Below, one piece after another: positions 49,618-58,111 of a stretch of DNA of 64,000 nt; position 1 is the first letter of the stretch, and each line of letters starts with the position of its first letter. Both the position numbers and the translations under genes were made by a program. The stretch lies in the IMG/VR virus record IMGVR_UViG_3300045988_183789. One strand, written 5' to 3'. The notes under the pieces were generated by a model. It was not told where the DNA came from. It saw only the letters and a program-made list of their open reading frames with translations, and searched no databases. This DNA is from a virus.

Positions 49618-50124
49618 ATGAACCTTTCAAAAATCAAGATGATGTTCTTCGATTTTGATGATACACTGCTTATCCACTATCGGGAACATCGGCTCGATGC
49701 TACGGGAGAGGCCCACAGGGAACGGCTCCTGCGCCGGGAAAAAGAAACGAAGGACGGCTACCGAGTCTTTGATGAAATCGGTGAGCCCAATGACCTCATC
49801 CAGCACTTCCTTGAGAGCTGCCCCGACATTCCGAAATACTGCATCTCTTTTGTGCAGAACAGCATCACGCTGCCGTTCAAAAAACAATGGCTTGAAATGC
49901 ACTTTCCGGGCCGGTTCCATGACATGCTTGGCACATCCAGCCCGGAACGCAAAGTGACCGTTATGCAGATGTTTGCCAAAGTCTACGGCTTAGAGCCTTC
50001 CCAAATTCTCTTTGTGGATGACTACTTCAAGGCGGTTGACGCGGCCGCTGATGCAGGGTTCTGCGCCATGAGTACACAGGAACTGGTCAATCGGCAGTAT
50101 TCTGCGGAAAAGCCCGTCATCTAA
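49618..50124 (+). CDS. HAD-superfamily hydrolase
   Basis: RBS AAAGGAGA. Motif I FDFDDTL. Confidence 0.6.
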   Translation: MNLSKIKMMFFDFDDTLLIHYREHRLDATGEAHRERLLRREKETKDGYRVFDEIGEPNDLIQHFLESCPDIPKYCISFVQNSITLPFKKQWLEMHFPGRFHDMLGTSSPERKVTVMQMFAKVYGLEPSQILFVDDYFKAVDAAADAGFCAMSTQELVNRQYSAEKPVI

Positions 50125-50201
50125 TCCATCTCATTCATCGACAAATCACAGTAAATATAAATCAGTCATATTACATGCCTATAAGGCAGGAAGGAATCAC
50201 A

Positions 50202-51068
50202 ATGGGACGTTATAATTTTGAACAGCATACTCGTGACGGCTATGTCGTTACGCCCGCACTGGCAAAGCAGTGGCTGGAGAAGAACACCAATAACCGCAAC
50301 GTGAACTTTGCCAAGGTCAAGAAAATGGCAAAGGATATGCGCGAGGGTCACTGGGACACGACTCATCAGGGCATTGCGATTGCCACCGATGGCACGCTGG
50401 TCGATGGGCAGCACCGTCTGATGGCGGTGGTAGAGTCCGGCGTTACAGTTCGTATGAACGTGACCTTCAATGCGCCCAAGTCTCAGCACATCGATTCCGG
50501 CAACAGCCGCTCGATGGCGAACCGTGTCCAGATGTCAGACTATGACATGAGTTGGACCGACAAAACAATTCTCTCGGCAGCCAACCTTATCGGCCGTATG
50601 TTTTCCGGCTCCAATTTAAGCCATGAGGAAGACCTGACCGAGTGGCTCGCCAAGTATCGGCCTCAGATTGAGATGGTCACGAGCCATATTAAGCGTGGTT
50701 CGATGCGTGGCCTGTCTTCAGCCGGTATCACCGCCGCCATGATTGTGGCAGCGATGAACGATGTGCCCGAAGCCTATATCGCCAAGTTTCTCGAAGTTTT
50801 CTATAGCGGTTTCACGACCAATGAAGCCGAGCACTATGCCGTCATGCTGCGTGATGACCTGATTCGCAACAACACTTCCAAAACCGGCACACAGTATGCA
50901 AAGTATGCCTTCTACCGTACTGCGAACCGACTGAACCAGTATTATAAGACTGCCACCGGCCAGCGTGTCGCAAAGCGCATCAATGACGGTGATTTCCCGT
51001 ACAACATCTACGACGCCACGGGACGTATCGTAAAGCCTGAAGCCAAAAAAGCCAAGAAAAAGGCGTAA
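50202..51068 (+). CDS. ParB/Srx-superfamily DGQHR-domain protein
   Basis: RBS GGAAGGAA. Contains the VDGQHRL motif. Confidence 0.55.
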   Translation: MGRYNFEQHTRDGYVVTPALAKQWLEKNTNNRNVNFAKVKKMAKDMREGHWDTTHQGIAIATDGTLVDGQHRLMAVVESGVTVRMNVTFNAPKSQHIDSGNSRSMANRVQMSDYDMSWTDKTILSAANLIGRMFSGSNLSHEEDLTEWLAKYRPQIEMVTSHIKRGSMRGLSSAGITAAMIVAAMNDVPEAYIAKFLEVFYSGFTTNEAEHYAVMLRDDLIRNNTSKTGTQYAKYAFYRTANRLNQYYKTATGQRVAKRINDGDFPYNIYDATGRIVKPEAKKAKKKA

Positions 51069-51086
51069 CCTGAAAGGAGAACCCCC

Positions 51087-51206
51087 ATGAAGAAGTTTCT
51101 GAAAATGGTAATGGTAGCCGGTATCGCAGCTGCCGTTGCGCATCTTGTCTCTTTGCACAAAAAGCGTAAAAAGATGATTCAGCTGGGCCATGATATTCTG
51201 AGGTAA
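51087..51206 (+). CDS. Small membrane peptide, 39 aa
   Basis: Strong RBS AAAGGAGA lies 6 nt upstream of the ATG. One TM helix. Confidence 0.4.
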   Translation: MKKFLKMVMVAGIAAAVAHLVSLHKKRKKMIQLGHDILR

Positions 51207-51212
51207 ACACAA

Positions 51213-51878
51213 GTGGCTAAAACACAATTGACCCGCGAAATTGAGGTGGCGCTCCATAACTGGAATCCAACCAACTACGGCGGGTATAGAACGGATACAT
51301 TCCGCCAGGGCTTCGATGCTCTTGAAGTGCCTGTGGAGTGCGGCACGACACGCTCTGGGCTTGTAGATTTCGTCCGTGTGCAGGAGTGTTTTACTTCTGA
51401 GACAAAGTGTGGAACTTGCAAATTGTCGATGTACTCCGACGAGGATAAAGACCTCGTTATGCCGTCTATCGAACAATGGACGCAGGAAGTGAATTGTCCG
51501 AAGGACATCTCCAACTGGAATTTTCGCAACGAACCTTGCACCGAGCGGTTCTGTAGGTTGTATAAGACACAGCATCTCTACACGATTGATACCGTCATCA
51601 CCTGTGTAGAAATTAAAATCTCAGTAGGGGACTTTCACTCTGACCACGGGCACAACTTTGTAGGGCATTGCAACTACTATGCTATGCCGACGGCTCTCTA
51701 TAAAAAAGTGAAAGGCGAAATTCCCGATGGCATCGGTGTCCTGATTTACTATGACGGTGAAAGCACCTATGGTATCCGCAAGAAGGTAGAGTGCAAACCG
51801 CACCAACTCTCAGAAGAAACGCAAAAATGGCTTATCATGTCCGTTGCCAAAAAGCTGCCTCGATTCGTTAAGCATTGA
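51213..51878 (+). CDS. Hypothetical protein, possibly a PD-(D/E)XK-fold nuclease
   Basis: GTG start with RBS GAGGTAA. GLVDFVRV ... VEIKIS loosely resembles D..(D/E)xK. Confidence 0.4.
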   Translation: MAKTQLTREIEVALHNWNPTNYGGYRTDTFRQGFDALEVPVECGTTRSGLVDFVRVQECFTSETKCGTCKLSMYSDEDKDLVMPSIEQWTQEVNCPKDISNWNFRNEPCTERFCRLYKTQHLYTIDTVITCVEIKISVGDFHSDHGHNFVGHCNYYAMPTALYKKVKGEIPDGIGVLIYYDGESTYGIRKKVECKPHQLSEETQKWLIMSVAKKLPRFVKH

Positions 51879-51920
51879 GGCAGCTTTGATTTTTACTAAC
51901 GACCAGAAAGGACTTGTTAT

Positions 51921-52694
51921 ATGAGACGGACAAAAGCAGTGATAACTGCTGTGGCAGTAGGCGTACTGACCTTTGCCACAGCTTGCGCGAGTAGTGCATC
52001 TACTCCCGTATCAGTACCACCAGACTCTTTTGCCAGCACAACGGAATCAGCGGCAACGGCTGAGACAGCGAATGATGCGATTTATCTAAGCACCGACAGC
52101 ATCCCGGAACCCACACCTCATGCTCCTTTGTCGAAACCAACAGCTGCACCAGAGCCTACTCCTACACAGACGCCTGAACCGACAGAAGCACCAATACCGG
52201 TCCCTACAGATACTCCGGCTCCACTCACGACCAGCGTATGGGGTGATGTGGTGCCTGCCACGTATGGCGCTTCCTACGGGACAGTCTCATGCAGCAGCGT
52301 AGGTATCAACGCTTCCCTTATCTGGGGCGATGACCAAGCTCTCCTCGACAGCCGCAGCGGTGTATATCAGTACGCAGGCTCCTATCAGGTAGGCTACGGT
52401 GGTTGTCATCTTCTTTGCTCCCATAACGACAGCACTTTGGCTTTGCTTCAATACGTAAGTATTGGTGACGAATTTGTGGTCACTACAGACTACGGACAAT
52501 ACGTATATACGGTAGATTCTGCCAGGCCGGGAACGGTAACGGCAGACGCGGGCACTGTGGTGGCCGATGATGGAACCATTCTTGTGGACCTTTCGAACAC
52601 CACCGACCGGCTCGTGATGTATACCTGCTATCCGTTCGGATACTACCAAACCACAAACCAACGCTATGTCGTCAGAGCCACGCTGTCTGCTTAG
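51921..52694 (+). CDS. Secreted sortase-like transpeptidase
   Basis: Signal peptide, Pro/Thr-rich linker, and C-terminal LVMYTCYP (TLxTC-like) with an Arg 15 residues downstream. Confidence 0.45.
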   Translation: MRRTKAVITAVAVGVLTFATACASSASTPVSVPPDSFASTTESAATAETANDAIYLSTDSIPEPTPHAPLSKPTAAPEPTPTQTPEPTEAPIPVPTDTPAPLTTSVWGDVVPATYGASYGTVSCSSVGINASLIWGDDQALLDSRSGVYQYAGSYQVGYGGCHLLCSHNDSTLALLQYVSIGDEFVVTTDYGQYVYTVDSARPGTVTADAGTVVADDGTILVDLSNTTDRLVMYTCYPFGYYQTTNQRYVVRATLSA

Positions 52695-52706
52695 GAGTGC
52701 CAAAAG

Positions 52707-52928
52707 ATGTCAAAGGAAAAACTACTGAAAATCTGGAAGGTCACAAAGACCATTATCATTCCGCTCACCATTGCTTTGGCGGACGTTCTTTTTTGGGCAA
52801 AGGCGATGACTGACCCCACTTGGCTTATTCTTTATCCTCGCCATATAGCACTTGGATGTATCTGCAGCCTGGGTCTTATTGGGTGCTGCATTTATGCTGA
52901 CCTTAAAGTGTCCCATAACCAAAAGTGA
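52707..52928 (+). CDS. Small two-TM membrane protein
   Basis: RBS TAGGAG. Confidence 0.45.
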   Translation: MSKEKLLKIWKVTKTIIIPLTIALADVLFWAKAMTDPTWLILYPRHIALGCICSLGLIGCCIYADLKVSHNQK

Positions 52929-52933
52929 AGGCC

Positions 52934-52962
52934 TTGCCATTCCTTTCGAATTGACTACAATA
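52934..52962 (+). promoter_or_regulatory. GCGAATTG-box promoter, copy h
   Basis: TTGCCA ttcctTTCGAATTGact ACAATA, then TTGATTGTACGATAGATAC. Confidence 0.5.
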
Positions 52963-53028
52963 TTGATTGTACGATAGATACCAAACACATAAAGATGTTA
53001 CGATTTTCTATCGTTCACAATCTGTTTT

Positions 53029-53071
53029 AAGAGCGGACTTATCCCATTCCGGGGTAGGCCCGCTCTTTTTT
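53029..53071 (+). terminator. Leader hairpin plus T-tract before the MBL gene. Sequence family shared with the hairpin at 54514
   Basis: AAGAGCGGACTTATCCCATTCCGGGGTAGGCCCGCTCTT followed by TTTT. Confidence 0.55.
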
Positions 53072-53092
53072 ATTTGAAAGGAGAAATTTCCA

Positions 53093-54250
53093 ATGCAAAG
53101 CAAAAACACATTCTTGCGGAGAGCAGCGGCAGCGATTGCGGCACTCTTCACCCTCAGCTTCGCAGGCTGCGGTCAGACCCCGATTGATTCGGGTAGTCTT
53201 CCTGTATCCGGGGTCGTCTCAGAAAGTCCTGTCTCTGACAGCGAGCAGACGGCTGGCGTAACGGAAGACGGCAGCTTTACTATCCACTTCATTGATGTGG
53301 GGCAGGCGGACTCTGCTCTTGTTACCTGTGATGGGCATTCGATGCTCATTGACGGTGGCAATGTTGATGATTCTGACCTCGTATATTCTGTTCTGGAACG
53401 TGAGACAGACGGACATCTGGATTATGTTGTTGGCACGCACGCCCATGAAGACCATATCGGAGGTCTTTCCGGTGCATTCGAAGCCGTGACGGCTGATGTC
53501 ACGTATTGCCCTGTCACAGAGTACGACAGTAAAGCTTTTCGGAACTTCAAGCAGCGAGCGGAAGAAAGAGGCAACGGCCTTACGATTCCGTCGGTAGGGG
53601 ATACATTCTCCCTTGGCGATGCCGAAGTGACTGTTATCGCCGTGAACTCAGTGCCGGATGATACCAACAATACCTCCATTGTCCTACGCATCGTATATGG
53701 AGAAACCTCATTCTTGTTTACGGGTGATGCAGAAGAGCCTGCCGAAGATGTTATCCTACAGTCTGGACAAGACATCCAATCTACTGTTCTGAAGGTAGGG
53801 CATCATGGTTCTCGAACCTCCACATCCGAAGCGTTCCTCGACACAGTGAATCCAGCCTATGCTGTTATTTCCTGTGGCAAGGACAACAGCTATGGTCATC
53901 CACACGACATCACTTTGGCAAAGCTCCAGAGCAAAGACATTGAGGTTTTCAGAACTGACGAGATGGGAGACATCTACTGCACATCGGACGGTAAGGACGT
54001 CACTTTCACTTATGGCGAATATCACCAGGCGGCAGAAAGCACTACCACCGATACAGTCGAGGTCGAGGAGTCACAGCAAAAGGATACGACGGTCAGTACC
54101 TATGTCCTGAACACAAACTCTATGAAATTTCATAAGCCTGACTGCTCCGCCGTAGCTCAAATGAGCGATGCAAACCGCAAAGACTATACAGGTTCCCGCG
54201 ATGACCTAATCGAGCAGGGCTATACACCTTGCGGGTATTGCAAGCCGTAA
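53093..54250 (+). CDS. Metallo-beta-lactamase-fold lipoprotein with a Cys-rich C-terminal tail
   Basis: RBS AAAGGAGA. Lipobox LSFAGC. MBL motif GTHAHEDHIGG. C-terminal C...C..C. Confidence 0.65.
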   Translation: MQSKNTFLRRAAAAIAALFTLSFAGCGQTPIDSGSLPVSGVVSESPVSDSEQTAGVTEDGSFTIHFIDVGQADSALVTCDGHSMLIDGGNVDDSDLVYSVLERETDGHLDYVVGTHAHEDHIGGLSGAFEAVTADVTYCPVTEYDSKAFRNFKQRAEERGNGLTIPSVGDTFSLGDAEVTVIAVNSVPDDTNNTSIVLRIVYGETSFLFTGDAEEPAEDVILQSGQDIQSTVLKVGHHGSRTSTSEAFLDTVNPAYAVISCGKDNSYGHPHDITLAKLQSKDIEVFRTDEMGDIYCTSDGKDVTFTYGEYHQAAESTTTDTVEVEESQQKDTTVSTYVLNTNSMKFHKPDCSAVAQMSDANRKDYTGSRDDLIEQGYTPCGYCKP

Positions 54251-54422
54251 AGGCTATCAACTGTTCCGTTCTTGATTAGATATTAACTCATAGCAATACA
54301 AAATCTATCCAATTCTATCCAATAACCAATCCAATCTATTACTAATATGGTAAACGCGACCCTTCATCTCGAATATGACGATGCCACTCGTATCCAGTCA
54401 TTCATCCAACAAAAGCACTCGG

Positions 54423-54451
54423 TTGTCAAAATATGCGAATTGCGTAAGATA
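54423..54451 (+). promoter_or_regulatory. GCGAATTG-box promoter, copy e
   Basis: TTGTCA aaatATGCGAATTGcgt AAGATA, then AAAGTGTACGATAGATAAC. Confidence 0.5.
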
Positions 54452-54513
54452 AAAGTGTACGATAGATAACATAATCGAAAAGGCGACTTGCCCTTCGTAT
54501 TCACAATTTCGCA

Positions 54514-54553
54514 AAAAGAGCGGACTTCCCACGCGGGAGGCCCGCTCTTTTTG
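54514..54553 (+). terminator. Leader hairpin plus T-tract before the gene at 54580
   Basis: AAAGAGCGGACTTCCCACGCGGGAGGCCCGCTCTTT followed by TT. Confidence 0.55.
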
Positions 54554-54579
54554 CGTCAAAACAAAGGAGTGTATTTACC

Positions 54580-54912
54580 ATGACTAAAATTTTTACTATC
54601 GCAGCAAACGAAATCATCGGCCCATTCAGCACCGAGACGACCGTGTTGCAGTTTGAGTATGACTCTGAAAAAGCGTATGACGTTCTCACGCAAGTACGCA
54701 ACGCCGTAAAGTCTTATCTGGATACCGAAGAAGGCAAAAAGACGCTGCGACTCAACAGTGGCTACTTCAACTGGGGTGATGCGGCCGAGATTCCTGATGG
54801 CTTCTATGAGTCGTTCGGCCTTAAAAAGCTGGACGCGCCGGTTGCTGATTTGACCGTGGACTTCAACGAAGACCTGACGGCAGATGAGATTTCCGATGAG
54901 GAGGGCTACTGA
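54580..54912 (+). CDS. Hypothetical acidic protein
   Basis: RBS AAAGGAG. Confidence 0.45.
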   Translation: MTKIFTIAANEIIGPFSTETTVLQFEYDSEKAYDVLTQVRNAVKSYLDTEEGKKTLRLNSGYFNWGDAAEIPDGFYESFGLKKLDAPVADLTVDFNEDLTADEISDEEGY

Positions 54913-56345
54913 TGGCTCAGTTCAATGACATGCTTGCTCAAATCGGTGCAATGCTATCTAAGAAAGAAAATGAGCCGTTTTCCTATGAAGAGCTTGCATC
55001 GATGCTGAAAACAAGCCCTGATGCTCTTAAAACCTTTGAGGATGTCTACAAAACCCAAGTGCTGGAAAGTGGGACACTGTCTGACAATCTTCTCCAGTGG
55101 GATACCGCAACCGTAAAGGCAATGCTCGATAAGAGCGCGCCTTTTACGAAAGAGCTGGACAATCTCATTGACCAAATCGTTGCCGAGCTGATGGATGACA
55201 CCAGACTGTACATCTATGAGCCGAAACGCGGTGGTTACTACGTTCGATATTCCGCAAACCAGCATATCCTTCCGCCGGTAACGAACGAAGACCTCCAGAA
55301 GTTCCCGGAAGAACTTCGGCCACAACTGACCGGCAATCTGATGAAGATTGACATTTCGGAGCCGTCTTACAAGGTGCTGCTCAGCCACTACAAGGCGTAT
55401 CTCGATGCGAGAAGCGACCGAAACAAAGCGATGCAGTATCACATGTTCCGCCAGGGCCTCGACATTCTGGACCTCGATGACATCACATATCAGATGCTTG
55501 AAATGAATCCGAACACGATGAGCTACTGGCTGCCGCCACTGGTTGCTGCCTTGGACGGCAACAAGTTCTTCAAGGTGCCGGAGACAAAACTCTTGCATGT
55601 GCCCATCACGATGCTCCAACTCACGAGACTCGGCTTTGAGACGCTTAATCCCGTGACGAAAGCGATTGTGAACCGTTACTGCGAGAGAATCTTTCATCTG
55701 AATGAAGATGGCGACTATTTCATCAAAACTGGCACCTATTCCTCCAAGTACGAGTTCCGCAATGCCCATGTCCATGAACCTCAAGAGGTCCGTGAGATGG
55801 GCGAGTATTTCTTGTTTTTGAACCATCTGACCTGCTCTATGGCAGCACCCGGCAATGGGCATTGCTTCTACGGGGCAAATACGACCAACGAGTGGGTCGT
55901 CAGAGAGTATATCAAAGACAAGGAAGGGAACCCGACTATCTATAACGGTCTGCCGCTGCACACTGAATACCGCGTGTTTGTGGACTTCGATGCTAAGACG
56001 ATTCTCGGCGTCAGTCCGTACTGGCGCAGCGATGTGATGAAGGGGAAATTCCAGGAAGTGAGCAGTCCACAGGAACGGCACGACTACGTCATCTACCAGA
56101 TGCACGAGGATGTGCTGGAGAAGCACTACCAGGAGAGCGTTCAGGCTGTTCTGGATGAACTGAAGAAGGTCATCCCACACGTAGAGTTGACCGGGCAGTG
56201 GAGTGTTGACGTGATGCGCAACGGTGATGATTACTACATCATCGACATGGCGCTTGCTGAGAACTCTGCGCTGAGCGATTGCGTGCCTAAGAATCTGCTT
56301 CGTGCTTATCCGCAGCAGTGGCTGCCGCAAAGTCCGACGATGTAA
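54912..56345 (+). CDS. Hypothetical protein, possible ATP-grasp-like C-terminal region
   Basis: RBS GAGGAGGG. C-terminal WSVDVMRNGDDYYIIDMALAEN resembles the ATP-grasp Mg-binding strand (E-x-N). Confidence 0.4.
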   Translation: MAQFNDMLAQIGAMLSKKENEPFSYEELASMLKTSPDALKTFEDVYKTQVLESGTLSDNLLQWDTATVKAMLDKSAPFTKELDNLIDQIVAELMDDTRLYIYEPKRGGYYVRYSANQHILPPVTNEDLQKFPEELRPQLTGNLMKIDISEPSYKVLLSHYKAYLDARSDRNKAMQYHMFRQGLDILDLDDITYQMLEMNPNTMSYWLPPLVAALDGNKFFKVPETKLLHVPITMLQLTRLGFETLNPVTKAIVNRYCERIFHLNEDGDYFIKTGTYSSKYEFRNAHVHEPQEVREMGEYFLFLNHLTCSMAAPGNGHCFYGANTTNEWVVREYIKDKEGNPTIYNGLPLHTEYRVFVDFDAKTILGVSPYWRSDVMKGKFQEVSSPQERHDYVIYQMHEDVLEKHYQESVQAVLDELKKVIPHVELTGQWSVDVMRNGDDYYIIDMALAENSALSDCVPKNLLRAYPQQWLPQSPTM

Positions 56346-56369
56346 TTTTTCAAAAAGGAGAATACCACC

Positions 56370-56879
56370 ATGAGCAAAACCGTTATTCTGATGGGCAAAT
56401 CCATGCCGACCAAAGATGTCGCTGAGTTTCTTTACACGGAGACTCGCGACAAAAACTACCAGGCTGAGACCGGCTGTGCATACGCCAAGTTCAACAGTTG
56501 CAAGATTGCTGAACCCGGCACCAAATGGGCGGAGTTGACTCCTTCCCAGAAGATGCAGGCCATGTCTATGTCCCTGTTCCAGATGCTGGGCAATGGTGAT
56601 GACAGGGGAGAACCTATCCTCATCAAGACCGCCAACACCACCAAAGAAGTCTGGTGCCCGTTTTACGCAGACAAGGTCGCCATCGAAAGCGCGAATGTCT
56701 TCGAGCGTGTTTACGCAGAGGTGAAAGCTGCTTATGAGGAAAACAGCGCTTTTGCCAAATTCGACACCATGAACCACGAGGAGAAGATGTTCGAAATCTC
56801 GTTGTATGTCATGCACAACTTCGAGAACATCCTCAAGAAAATTGAAGCCATTCCCGGTGTACAAGCCGGAAAATACTAA
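56370..56879 (+). CDS. Hypothetical protein
   Basis: RBS AAAAGGAGA. Confidence 0.45.
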   Translation: MSKTVILMGKSMPTKDVAEFLYTETRDKNYQAETGCAYAKFNSCKIAEPGTKWAELTPSQKMQAMSMSLFQMLGNGDDRGEPILIKTANTTKEVWCPFYADKVAIESANVFERVYAEVKAAYEENSAFAKFDTMNHEEKMFEISLYVMHNFENILKKIEAIPGVQAGKY

Positions 56880-56891
56880 TCACATTGCATA

Positions 56892-56923
56892 AGAGGGGCT
56901 GCCGTCAGGCGGCTCCTCTTTTT
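56892..56923 (+). terminator. Rho-independent terminator
   Basis: AGAGGGGCTGCC-GTCA-GGCGGCTCCTCT followed by TTTT. Confidence 0.6.
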
Positions 56924-56950
56924 GCTTTTCATTGCGAATTGAATACAATA
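56922..56950 (+). promoter_or_regulatory. GCGAATTG-box promoter, copy f
   Basis: TTGCTT ttcatTGCGAATTGaat ACAATA. Confidence 0.5.
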
Positions 56951-56973
56951 AAGTCATGTGACGCACAAGTGAG

Positions 56974-57450
56974 GTGAGTAAATTGGAAAACGTCAAAATT
57001 ATTACGCCGTACGGAGAAGTTATCAGTATTCGTACTTTCATCGAGTGGGAGTATAACTGTGGCAAGACTGATTTTCAGCCAAACGAGCGTTATCCTTTGT
57101 GGGTCACTGTGCCGGTTGAAGAAAAGCTTGGCTATATTGCTTGCAGCCTATTTGGTGACCTTGCAAATTTTGATGACTATGAAGGCAAAATCGGCATCAC
57201 CGATGGGAACTCAACACGATATTTCTTCTTCACAAAGAAGAACTGCGATACGGAAATTCTGCAAGCATTGACGGCAATGCTCAATGTTTTGTATACAAGC
57301 AGCGAGGAAATGCTTCTTTCTGAATCCGGCTACACTTTTGAGTCATTGAGTCTGAATCAACGATTCGACACAATTGCTCGCTACATCGAAGCAAATCTTG
57401 AAGTGTGCTTGCTTATGTTGGCACATATTCCATATATGGAATGGAAATAA
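56974..57450 (+). CDS. Hypothetical protein
   Basis: GTG start inside GAGGTGAGT; exact start uncertain. Confidence 0.4.
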   Translation: MSKLENVKIITPYGEVISIRTFIEWEYNCGKTDFQPNERYPLWVTVPVEEKLGYIACSLFGDLANFDDYEGKIGITDGNSTRYFFFTKKNCDTEILQALTAMLNVLYTSSEEMLLSESGYTFESLSLNQRFDTIARYIEANLEVCLLMLAHIPYMEWK

Positions 57451-57470
57451 AACCGTTTTATGTTGCCTTC

Positions 57471-57499
57471 TTGCACGTTTGTGCGAATTGAGTAAACTG
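57471..57499 (+). promoter_or_regulatory. GCGAATTG-box promoter, copy g
   Basis: TTGCAC gtttGTGCGAATTGag TAAACT, then GAGTATTGTAGACC. Confidence 0.45.
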
Positions 57500-57535
57500 A
57501 GTATTGTAGACCAAAAAGTGCATTGACGACCACTA

Positions 57536-57565
57536 AAGCAGGTTCTTTTAAGGGCCTGCTTTTTT
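57536..57565 (+). terminator. Leader hairpin plus T-tract before the gene at 57587
   Basis: AAGCAGG ... CCTGCTT followed by TTTTT. Confidence 0.5.
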
Positions 57566-57586
57566 ATATGCAAGGAGGACAGAACA

Positions 57587-58111
57587 TTGATTGATAGAGA
57601 AGCAATGGCAGAAAGGAATCGACTCATTGTCGAGGACTTGAAGAGTGGTATGTCTATCAAAGACGCAGCCGCAAAGCATCATGTATCAACCCATATCTGC
57701 TATAGAGTATCTCGTGAAGAGAGTCGTAACGAACGCTCTATGGACTTCCACAAATGGAAGAAACAACGAGACAAAGAAATCGCTCGCAAGTACAGCAAGG
57801 GTGTAACGGCCGTTGAGCTGGCGAAAGAATACAACATGAACCGCGCAACGATTTATAGCGTCATCAAGCAGGTAGACCCGAAATATACCTGCCAGCGGGA
57901 TTCTGATGTGATGACAAAGGCAAAGAAAGAACGCCTGAAAAGAGAGGAACGGTATATCCAAGCAGTCAGAGAGAACCCGCAGAAGTCAATTCAGGCACTT
58001 GCTAAGGAGTATGGTTTCTGTACCACATGTGGATACGACATCATGCACAAAGCTGGAATCCACCGTAAAAGGGGAAGAAAGAAAACAAAGAAGGCGGCGA
58101 AGGAACAATGA
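57587..58111 (+). CDS. Protein with three tandem HTH repeats, paralog of the gene at 48415
   Basis: TTG start 7 nt after AAGGAGGA. Three repeats of (L/I)...Y..G.S...(A/L)AK.(Y/H)....I..(V/I). Confidence 0.5.
   Translation: MIDREAMAERNRLIVEDLKSGMSIKDAAAKHHVSTHICYRVSREESRNERSMDFHKWKKQRDKEIARKYSKGVTAVELAKEYNMNRATIYSVIKQVDPKYTCQRDSDVMTKAKKERLKREERYIQAVRENPQKSIQALAKEYGFCTTCGYDIMHKAGIHRKRGRKKTKKAAKEQ

Noticed and set aside
51921-52694. Alternative call of NlpC/P60 peptidase for the secreted Cys-containing protein
   Set aside because: The catalytic Cys lies near the C-terminus in a TLxTC-like context with a downstream Arg, which fits sortase better than NlpC/P60, where the Cys comes first and the His later. 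The call remains low confidence.
54954-56864. 636-aa minus-strand ORF spanning two + strand genes
   Set aside because: It crosses the intergenic RBS and stop of two well-supported + strand genes, and has no RBS.
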